Below the pieces are notes generated by a model. That model did no database searches. It had not been told where the DNA came from and was given only the letters and a program-made list of their open reading frames with translations. Both the position numbers and the translations under genes were made by a program. From Laetmonice hystrix (taxonomy: Eukaryota), in assembly GCA_965235115.1 (NCBI GenBank), contig OZ249436.1, positions 3,226,001 to 3,290,000 of the forward strand: 64,000 nucleotides of DNA. Direction: 5' to 3'. Each line of letters opens with the position of its first letter. Position 1 is the first letter of the stretch. Below are positions 58,101 through 64,000 of this stretch, piece after piece.

Positions 58101-60949
58101 CTTTGCCCTGCAACTGCCATATTTGACGGCCTACCCCTCCCATGCAGTGCAGGTACTGGATCTGATTTTGACCTGCAGCTGCCATATTTGACGGCCTACC
58201 CCCCCCCCCCATGCAGTGCAGATACTGGATCTGATTTTGACCTGCAGCTGCCATATTTGACGGCCTACCCCCCCCCCCCCATGCAGTGCAGGCACTGGAT
58301 CTGGTTTTGACCTGCAACTGCCATATTTGACGGCCTACCCCTCCCATGCAGTGCAGATACTGGATCTGATTTTGACCTGCAGCTGCCATATTTGACGGCC
58401 TACCCCTCCCATGCAGTGCAGGTATCGGATCTGGCTTTGACATCCCAAATTGGGAATATCTACCGGATCCTATTATATATAATATATACATGTATGCGTG
58501 TTTGTAATACGTGTTTAAATTTTATATATATATAAAGTTAGAAAATTACACATTACAGCGATTTATACACATTTTCTCCCAATATTTAGCACGACAATCG
58601 TGTCATAATAATTCTTAATTGATTCTGAATAACTATTTCATGACCCCCCGTAAAAATTGTCTGTACTTTACCGCCACAAGGCTGAGGACCGACTTAAAAC
58701 TTCACTATCAGTGATAGATTTTGAGATGATTAAAATGGTCTGGAGGTAGGAATAATTATGTGGGGCGTATCCACATGCCCCCTCCTTTCCAGAATTCCTG
58801 ATTCTGCCCCTGTAATGACAGACCATTGATTATTTATCGATGTTTTCCTGATTCCGCCCCTGTATTGACAGACCATTGATTATTTATCGATAATTTCCTG
58901 ATTCCGCCCCTGTATTGACAGACCATTGATTATTTATCGATGTTTTCCTGATTCCGCCCCTGTATTGACAGACCATTGATTATTTATCGATGTTTTCCTG
59001 ATTCCGCCCCTGTATTGACAGACCATTGATTATTTATCGGTGTTTTCCTGATTCCGCCCCTGTATTGACAGACCATTCATTATTTATCGATGTTTTCCTG
59101 ATTCCGCCCCTGTATTGACAGACCATTCATTATTTATCGATGTTTTCCTGATTCCGCCCCTGTATTGACAGACCATTCATTATTTATCGATGTTTTCCTG
59201 ATTCCGCCCCTGTATTGAAGACCATTGATTATTTATCGATGTTTTCCTGATTCTGCCCCAGTATTGTGCAGACTATTGATTATTTATCGATAATTTCCTG
59301 ATTCTGCCCCAGTATTGTGCAGACTATTGATTATTTATCGATAATTTCCTGATTCTGCCCCTGTATTGTGCAGACTATTGATTATTTATCGATGTTTTCC
59401 TGATTCTGCCCCAGTATTGACAGACTATTGATTATTTATCGATGTTTTCCTGATTCCGCCCCAGTATTGACAGACCCATGATTATTTATCGATGTTTTCC
59501 TGATTCCGCCCCTGTATTGACAGACCATTGATTATTTATCGATGTTTTCCTGATTCCGCCCCTGTATTGACAGACCATTGATTATTTATTGATGTTTTCC
59601 TGATTCCGCCCCTGTATTGACAGACCATTCATTATTTATCGATGTTTTCCTGATTCCGCCCCTGTATTGTGCAGACTATTGATTATTTATCAATGTTTTC
59701 CTGATTCCGCCTCTGTATTGACAGACCATTGATTATTTATCGATGTTTTCCTGATTCCGCCCCAGTATTGACAGACCATTGATTGTTTATCGATAATTTC
59801 CTGATTCCGCCCCTGTATTGACAGACCATTGATTATTTATCGATAATTTCCTGATTCCGCCCCTGTATTGACAGACCATTGATTATTTATCGATAATTTC
59901 CTGATTCCGCCCCTGTATTGACAGACCATTGATTATTTATCGATAATTTCCTGATTCCGCCCCTGTATTGACAGACCATTGATTATAATTTATCGATGTT
60001 TTCCTGATTCCGCCCCTGTATTGACAGACCATTGATTATTTATCGATGTTTTCCTGATTCCGCCCCTGTATTGACAGACCATTGATTATTTATCGATGTT
60101 TTCCTGATTCCGCCCCAGTATTGTGCAGACTATTGATTATTTATCGATGTTTTCCTGATTCCGCCCCTGTATTGACAGACTATTGATTATTTATCGATGT
60201 TTTCCTGATTCCGCCCCAGTATTGTGCAGACTAATGATTTTTTATCGATGTTTTCCTGATTCCGCCTCTGTATTGACAGACTATTGATTATTTATCGATG
60301 TTTTCCTGATTCCGCCCCTGTATTGACAGACTATTGATTATTTATCGATGTTTTCCTAATTCCGCCTCTGTATTGACAGACTATTGATTATTTATCGATG
60401 TTTTCCTGATTCCGCCCCTGTATTGACAGACCATTGATTATTTATCGATGTTTTCCTGATTCCGCCCCTGTATTGACAGACCATTGATTATTTATCGATG
60501 TTTTCCTGATTCCGCCCCAGTATTGACAGACCATTGATTATTTATCGATGTTTTCCTGATTCCGCCCCTGTATTGACAGACCATTGATTATTTATCGATG
60601 TTTTCCTGATTCTGCCCAGTATTGACAGACCATTGATTATTTATCGATAATTTCCTGATTCTGCCCCAGTATTGTGCAGACTATTAATTATTTATCGATG
60701 TTTTCCTGATTCCGCCCCTGTATTGTGCAGACTATTGATTATTTATCGATGTTTTCCTGATTTCGCCCCAGTATTGACAGACCATTGATTATTTATCGAT
60801 AATTTCCTGATTCCGCCCCTGTATTGACAGACTATTGATTATTTATCGGTGTTTTCCAGGAGAAGCGAGCTTTGTTTGCCGAGCAGCAGAGGCGGATGTC
60901 TGAGAAGAATGTCACCTTCCTAGACAGTATTCGAAATGAAGCAGTTTAG
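22106..60949 (+). CDS. Uncharacterised PLAT/LH2 + ankyrin-repeat protein, spliced, about 1039 aa, 23 predicted coding exons
   Basis: Exons 22106-22152, 24096-24186, 24766-24861, 32830-32973, 36301-36413, 36978-37086, 37513-37659, 39596-39714, 41211-41382, 44460-44588, 45041-45223, 46030-46108, 46289-46441, 46827-47043, 48322-48602, 49229-49371, 49723-49886, 53089-53257, 53463-53539, 53691-53891, 55583-55679, 56397-56495, 60860-60949 sum to 3120 nt, ATG to TAG, with compatible phases and no internal stop. 5' exons are less certain than the PLAT and ankyrin exons. Confidence 0.75.
23085..23235. mobile_element. PIF/Harbinger-like MITE, CAG flanks
   Basis: gggcctgtcttactaaggt...accttcgtgagacgggccc inverted ends; termini resemble 43679-43827. 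Confidence 0.7.
23784..23946. mobile_element. Probable MITE remnant
   Basis: ctgggccgtagcctgg...ccaggctatacggccctg inverted ends, poly-G/poly-C; no clear TSD. Confidence 0.5.
24096..24186 (+). CDS. PLAT-ANK gene exon (KYYFDIKRLEDG...QVKS)
   Basis: ttttcag|G, TCT|gtaagt. Confidence 0.65.
24766..24861 (+). CDS. PLAT-ANK gene exon (RPTLMYDGLHDRPLKHYFSPKEVRVSLTQFKT)
   Basis: ctttcag|AGA, ACG|gtaaga; resembles the ERICH3/FSIP2 YxxLxDxxLxxYF motif. Confidence 0.65.
25215..26168. repeat. 28-bp tandem array, about 34 copies, intronic
   Basis: unit tgatctatagcctgaggggcagtgtcac. Confidence 0.95.
26734..26850. repeat. 20-bp tandem array, 5-6 copies
   Basis: unit gtgatgtaacaggtgtagag. Confidence 0.9.
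26947..27189. repeat. About 84-bp tandem array, 3 copies, overlapping a MITE terminus
   Basis: unit taggcctacatgacagg...ctaggtacagggttt. Confidence 0.9.
27182..27855. mobile_element. MITE with cagggtt...aaccctg ends and gtcatggaa subterminal repeats
   Basis: short inverted ends flanked by TA; carries a nested element. Confidence 0.7.
27444..27676. mobile_element. Nested MITE with 5-bp GCAAC direct flanks
   Basis: gcaac|cagtggcggatcc...ggatccgccgctg|gcaac. Confidence 0.78.
29738..30244. repeat. 99/102-bp tandem array, 5 copies
   Basis: unit gggattacggtactccctgctgtag...cctgggaagatg. Confidence 0.92.
31394..31521. mobile_element. PIF/Harbinger-like MITE, CTG/CAG flanks
   Basis: gggtgttt...ggaccgtccgaccagcgacgga pairs with tccgtcgccggttggacggtcc...aaccacccc. 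Confidence 0.62.
31698..32823. repeat. 72/65-bp tandem array, about 16 copies, ending 6 nt before an exon
   Basis: unit tgtaaccatagttaccg...gatatgttgggtgttggg, then acgcag|GAC. Confidence 0.95.
32830..32973 (+). CDS. PLAT-ANK gene exon (DEKILKNK...SLPAK)
   Basis: acgcag|GAC, AAG|gtaaac; unique island between two arrays. Confidence 0.65.
32986..33129. repeat. 11-bp tandem array, about 13 copies, each with CACGTG
   Basis: unit catcacgtgac, starting about 12 nt after donor 32974. Confidence 0.93.
33173..34881. repeat. 66-bp GC-rich tandem array, about 26 copies
   Basis: unit ggcatgaggccagcagacagtctg...ccctgacaggggt; two 60-bp deletion copies. Confidence 0.96.
35225..35472. mobile_element. Probable PIF/Harbinger-like MITE
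   Basis: gccccgcttcagaaaggct...agcctttctgaaacctggcc imperfect inverted ends; CAG/CTG flanks. Confidence 0.5.
36301..36413 (+). CDS. PLAT-ANK gene exon (PSVLPDGY...PRKRR)
   Basis: ttcatag|CCT, AAG|gtaaga. Confidence 0.65.
36978..37086 (+). CDS. PLAT-ANK gene exon (GARGGHYTLR...LLVAT)
   Basis: gtacag|T, ACG|gtaaat. Confidence 0.65.
37513..37659 (+). CDS. PLAT-ANK gene exon (ETIDVNK...RRVLVR)
   Basis: ctttcag|GAG, AGG|gtgagt. Confidence 0.7.
37673..39592. repeat. 42-bp tandem array filling a whole intron: about 36 homogeneous plus about 10 diverged copies
   Basis: unit gtgttctaagtgtggtggtgtgagttttacatgatcttggag, switching near 39190 to gtgttctaatagtggcagtatgattttgacacaatc... Confidence 0.95.
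39596..39714 (+). CDS. PLAT-ANK gene exon (KSGESEDD...PGWL)
   Basis: tttatag|AAA, CAG|gtaaga. Confidence 0.7.
39805..40025. mobile_element. PIF/Harbinger-like MITE, about 57-bp TIRs, CAG TSD
   Basis: gggtgggttgcactaacggtcctacgggttaggactaaatttaggaccagtcctac and its near-perfect reverse complement. Confidence 0.85.
40152..41100. repeat. 30-36-bp tandem array, about 28 copies
   Basis: unit cccctgatcgcgttgggttgtaagattct(ccccac). Confidence 0.93.
41211..41382 (+). CDS. PLAT-ANK gene exon (KELQRS...SQSPDPPT)
   Basis: ttacag|G; donor ACT|gtaagt is the first copy of the 42/44-bp array. Confidence 0.72.
41351..44190. repeat. 42/44-bp tandem array, about 60 copies, spanning a donor; MITE inserted
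   Basis: unit gtgtctcgtcacagtccccagacccgccaact|gtaagt(gt)ttgt. Confidence 0.97.
43679..43827. mobile_element. PIF/Harbinger-like MITE inserted in the 42/44-bp array
   Basis: ggccccgtcttactaagccggcgac...gtcgccggcttagtaagacgggccc splits one unit at its CAG. Confidence 0.88.
44460..44588 (+). CDS. PLAT-ANK gene exon (VKTGWG...RNYEP)
   Basis: ttgcag|GTA, CCC|gtgagt. Confidence 0.72.
44675..45060. repeat. 54-bp tandem array, about 7 copies, spanning the PLAT exon acceptor
   Basis: unit cccagctataagcaccagtttcgttaccttgcag|tctgagtgtatcctgtttga. Confidence 0.93.
45041..45223 (+). CDS. PLAT/LH2 domain exon 1 (YEVQVFTGDRLGAGTKADI...FQRGQ)
   Basis: Canonical PLAT start YxVxVxTGDxxxAGTxAxI; acceptor is the last copy of the 54-bp array. 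Confidence 0.9.
45389..46005. repeat. 50-bp tandem array, about 12 copies, ending about 24 nt before an acceptor
   Basis: unit gagcctagattttcatcatccacattgtgtccgtagaaatgttataaaca. Confidence 0.95.
46030..46108 (+). CDS. PLAT/LH2 domain exon 2 (EDIFDLDTYFVGPIRKITIGHD)
   Basis: ttccag|GAG, TTG|gtgagt; GxIxKIxIGHD motif. Confidence 0.9.
46289..46441 (+). CDS. PLAT/LH2 domain exon 3 (GWYLERVEV...PCERWLS)
   Basis: atttag|GT, CAG|gttggt; WYLExVxV and PCxRWL motifs. Confidence 0.9.
46827..47043 (+). CDS. PLAT-ANK gene exon (PPQASEPD...STSSYS)
   Basis: ctgcag|TT; donor CAG|gtaaat is the first copy of the 64-bp array. Confidence 0.75.
47014..48042. repeat. 64-bp tandem array, 16 copies, spanning a donor
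   Basis: unit tacacctccagtacsagctcctacagcag|gtaatgacagaaatctcagccactggctggggaac. Confidence 0.97.
48322..48602 (+). CDS. PLAT-ANK gene acidic exon (SSEEETDHED...REEDE)
   Basis: ttacag|T, AAG|gtcagt. Confidence 0.75.
48630..48971. mobile_element. Tc1/mariner-type fold-back MITE, about 140-bp TIRs, TA TSD
   Basis: 48630-48771 is a near-perfect reverse complement of 48832-48971; TA on both sides. Confidence 0.88.
49229..49371 (+). CDS. PLAT-ANK gene acidic exon (TAHLEKK...TPAPR)
   Basis: gtttag|AC, CGA|gtaaga. Confidence 0.75.
49723..49886 (+). CDS. PLAT-ANK gene exon with first ankyrin repeat (NIHEAAKQGDLSRVK)
   Basis: tcctag|TTG, AGA|gtgagt. Confidence 0.85.
50086..50232. mobile_element. 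TTAA-flanked MITE (Kolobok-like termini)
   Basis: ttaa|agtgacactgtcgtcc...ggacgacagtgccgct|ttaa. Confidence 0.7.
50350..53098. repeat. 60-bp tandem array, about 46 copies, spanning an ankyrin exon acceptor
   Basis: unit taccggtgagagtcatactyacccccctcctgtcctccactcag|trccacasacattgcca. Confidence 0.97.
53089..53257 (+). CDS. Ankyrin-repeat exon (GWAPVHVAASYGH...GYSPMHLAAMQGH)
   Basis: Ankyrin consensus; acceptor is the last copy of the 60-bp array; ATC|gtgagt. Confidence 0.9.
53463..53539 (+). CDS. Ankyrin-repeat exon (VLNAMGAKLN...SALHVAAK)
   Basis: cctcag|GTG, GGG|gtaaga. Confidence 0.9.
53691..53891 (+). CDS. Ankyrin-repeat exon (GYLESVKWLV...GRRPVDLA...)
   Basis: tgtcag|A, AAG|gtgagt. 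Confidence 0.9.
53900..54272. repeat. 64-bp tandem array, about 6 copies, starting 8 nt into an intron
   Basis: unit gtctcattgataaacccacctgt...gggacaggtaattactgtgggggtc. Confidence 0.92.
54312..55562. repeat. 18-bp tandem array, about 68 copies, ending 20 nt before an acceptor
   Basis: unit tgtggtccstgtatgaca. Confidence 0.96.
55583..55679 (+). CDS. PLAT-ANK gene exon (LESTGKK...PTWRD)
   Basis: taccag|T, GAC|gtaagc. Confidence 0.75.
55941..56410. repeat. 67-bp tandem array, 7 copies, spanning an acceptor
   Basis: unit agtataacagttgtagatagg...tttactctcag|gctcggcctgac. Confidence 0.96.
56397..56495 (+). CDS. PLAT-ANK gene exon (ARPTVPHG...DEELM)
   Basis: acceptor is the last copy of the 67-bp array; ATG|gtatgt. 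Confidence 0.75.
57104..57265. repeat. About 29-bp tandem array, 5-6 copies
   Basis: unit accctccgtgggtaaataggaaccacctc. Confidence 0.85.
57432..58020. repeat. 45-bp tandem array, about 13 copies
   Basis: unit gttgatacgtgaatacagtgatttagggtttacgttatacaagtg. Confidence 0.95.
58107..58441. repeat. About 65-70-bp tandem array, about 5 copies, variable poly-C
   Basis: unit cctgcagctgccatatttgacggcctaccc...catgcagtgcaggtactggatctgattttga. Confidence 0.9.
58795..60857. repeat. 50-bp tandem array, about 41 copies, ending at the last acceptor
   Basis: unit ttcctgattccgcccctgtattgacagaccattgattatttatcgatgtt; last copy reads ttttccag|GAG. Confidence 0.96.
60860..60949 (+). CDS. PLAT-ANK gene last coding exon (EKRALFAEQQ...NEAV*)
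   Basis: tttccag|GAG directly after the 50-bp array; TAG stop. Confidence 0.72.
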   Translation, partial: EKRALFAEQQRRMSEKNVTFLDSIRNEAV

Positions 60950-61958
60950 GATATATAAATTGTCACTCTTTGTTAGACTACTTGCCGCCAGAAACACTAG
61001 TGGCACCTTTATACAAGTTATAATTAAAACAATTGATACTGTGGACATAGTACGAATGTTGGTTAAACAATGATTAGCCTACAGAGGTGGTACTATGTTA
61101 CTGTGAATCTCTCGGTAATATCTGGTGACGTTATACTGTTTATCCAAGATAGGACTAAATATATACATAGCGCCTATGTGATGCATATAATAGGGAGGAT
61201 ATGGTTAATTTTATCAGTGCCTCCGCAATGGAAGTATTGAAGTTGGAGGAAGGCAATTTGACGGCACGTTATTTACAGCAAGGAGTCAACAAATACTAAA
61301 GTTAAAATGTTTGCATTTGACGGAGTATCAAACACATCATGACATGATATTATAAGCAAAAGTAAATCATATGTTAAACATGCTTTGTTAGCATAAGTCT
61401 CATATATTATTTCACACTTGTTAAGTAATTATGTCTGAACTATAAAAGTGTTATCTATACTTATGTCGGGAGATTATTGTGCAGAGAGAATGATATTTAG
61501 ATACATCAAAATGACTTGCTTTCCATATGAACGTGACTATTCAATTTGCTTTAGAGGTTAAAAAAAGTAAGGAGTCGTGTCGACAGATCGCGTTAGTAGT
61601 ACTGTGGTATGGCCGATATATTAATGCAGCAAATGGTGTGACATTGAATTTCTTGCGTTTTCGTCAAATACGTGAACATTACAAGTACCGATCCTAGAAT
61701 GGTGCTGCCGCCTGTCGACCGAATTTGAAGCACAGTACTGGAGGCTGAGCGGCAGAACAATTGTTTTTATTCGCATTTGTTAAAATATTTTGTGAAAGAA
61801 GATTTTCGTCGTATACTGAGTATCTTTTCAATGTCTCTGGTTGGAAATGTGTGCCAAATCATGTAAGGGTGTGCTCATTGCTTGTCAGATTGGTTAATAA
61901 TCATTATGATGGCGTCACTGACAAGGTAAGTACGACGGGCCCCAGGGTGGTCGACCTG

Positions 61959-64000
61959 TTGCCCATTGATGGCATATTTCACTATTAATGTCAATGACCT
62001 TCTTGCCCATTGATGGACTGTTAATGTCAATGACCTTCTTGCCCATTGATAGACTAGCAATGCCAATGACCTTCTTGCCCATTGATGGACTATTAATGTC
62101 AATGACCTTCTTGCCCATTGATGGACTATTAATGTCAATGACCTTCTTGCCCATTGATGGACTAGCAATGTCAATGACCTTCTTGCCCATTGATGGACTA
62201 TTAATGTCAATGACCTTCTTGCCCATTGATGGACTGTTAATGTCAATGACCTTCTTGCCCATTGAAGGACTATTAATGTCAATGACCTTCTTGCCCATTG
62301 ATGGCATATTTCACTATTAATGTCAATGACCTTCTTGCCCATTGATGGACTATTAATGTCAATGACCTTCTTGCCCATTGATGGACTATTAATGTCAATG
62401 ACCTTCTTGCCCATTGATGGACTAGCATTGTCAATGACCTTCTTGCCCATTGATGGACTAGCATTGTCAATGACCTTCTTGCCCATTGATGGACTATTAA
62501 TGTCAATGACCTTCTTGCCCATTGATGGACTATTAATGTCAATGACCTTCTTGCCCATTGATGGACTATTAATGTCAATGACCTTCTTGCCCATTGATGG
62601 ACTATTAATGTCAATGACCTTCTTGCCCATTGATGGACTATTAATGTCAATGACCTTCTTGCCCATTGATAGACTATTAATGTCAATGACCTTCTTGCCC
62701 ATTGATGGACTATTAATGTCAATGACCTTCTTGCCCATTGATGGACTATTAATGTCAATGACCTTCTTGCCCATTGATGGACTATTAATGTCAATGACCT
62801 TCTTGCCCATTGATGGACTAGCATTGTCAATGACCTTCTTGCCCATTGATGGACTAGCATTGTCAATGACCTTCTTGCCCATTGATGGACTATTAATGTC
62901 AATGACCTTCTTGCCCATTGATGGACTAGCATTGTCAATGACCTTCTTGCCCATTGATGGACTATTAATGTCAATGACCTTCTTGCCCATTGATGGACTA
63001 TTAATGTCAATGACCTTCTTGCCCATTGATAGACTAGCAATGTCAATGACCTTCTTGCCCATTTATGGACTATTAATGTCAATGACCTTCTTGCCCATTG
63101 ATGGACTATTAATGTCAATGACCTTCTTGCCCATTGATGGACTAGCAATGTCAATGACCTTCTTGCCCATTGATGGACTAGCAATGTCAATGACCTTCTT
63201 GCCCATTGATGGACTGTTAATGTCAATGACCTTCTTGCCCATTGATAGACTAGGAATGTCAATGACCTTCTTGCCCATTGATGGAATATAAATGTCAATG
63301 ACCTTCTTGCCCATTGATGGACTAGCAATGTCAATGACCTTCTTGCCCATTGATGGACTGTTAATGTCAATGACCTTCTTGCCCATTGATAGACTAGCAA
63401 TGTCAATGACCTTCTTGCCCATTGATGGACTAGCATTGTCAATGACCTTCTTGCCCATTGATGGACTGTTAATGTCAATGACCTTCTTGCCCATTGATAG
63501 ACTAGGAATGTCAATGACCTTCTTGCCCATTGATGGAATATAAATGTCAATGACCTTCTTGCCCATTGATGGACTAGCAATGTCAATGACCTTCTTGCCC
63601 ATTGATGGACTGTTAATGTCAATGACCTTCTTGCCCATTGATAGACTAGCAATGTCAATGACCTTCTTGCCCATTGATGGACTAGCATTGTCAATGACCT
63701 TCTTGCCCATTGATAGACTGTTAATGTCAATGACCTTCTTGCCCATTGATGGACTATTAATGTCAATGACCTTCTTGCCCATTGATGGACTATTAATGTC
63801 AATGACCTTCTTGCCCATTGATGAACTATTAATGTCAATGACCTTCTTGCCCATTGATAGACTAGCAATGTCAATGACATTCTTGCCCATTGATAGACTA
63901 TTAATGTCAATGACCTTCTTGCCCATTGATGGACTAGCAATGTCAATGACCTTCTTGCCCATTGATGGCATATTTCACTATTAATGTCAATGACCTTATT
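61959..64000. repeat. 36-bp tandem array, at least 55 copies, running to window end
   Basis: unit ttgcccattgatggactattaatgtcaatgaccttc. Confidence 0.96.

Noticed and set aside
61875..63984. Long repetitive ORFs and a possible minus-strand last exon VDHPGARRTY...DKQ*
   Set aside because: ORFs come from the 36-bp repeat; the candidate exon has no pyrimidine tract or recognisable homology and overlaps a MITE-like end (gacgggcccc).

Overview
Eukaryotic (animal, probably invertebrate; taxon is inference) genomic DNA with two spliced + strand genes, traced by hand from GT-AG sites and reading phase. (1) The last 15 coding exons of a ZSWIM8/EBAX-1/Dora orthologue (1..11889, about 1606 aa in window, 5' part outside). 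(2) A 23-exon, about 1039-aa gene (22106..60949) with an N-terminal ERICH3/FSIP2-like motif, one PLAT/LH2 domain, acidic low-complexity linkers and about four ankyrin repeats. The striking feature is about 29 mutually unrelated minisatellite arrays (11-100 bp units). Eight are amplifications of an exon/intron junction itself, giving about 5-60 tandem copies of a splice donor or acceptor, and eight more begin or end within about 25 nt of a splice site. In most junction arrays only the exon-proximal site gives an intact protein; in three the extra sites are in frame. Several short non-autonomous DNA transposons (MITEs with CWG, TA, TTAA or 5-bp flanks) lie in introns. Most long ORFs in the supplied track are repeat artefacts. 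No CRISPR array, RNA gene or transposase gene is supported.
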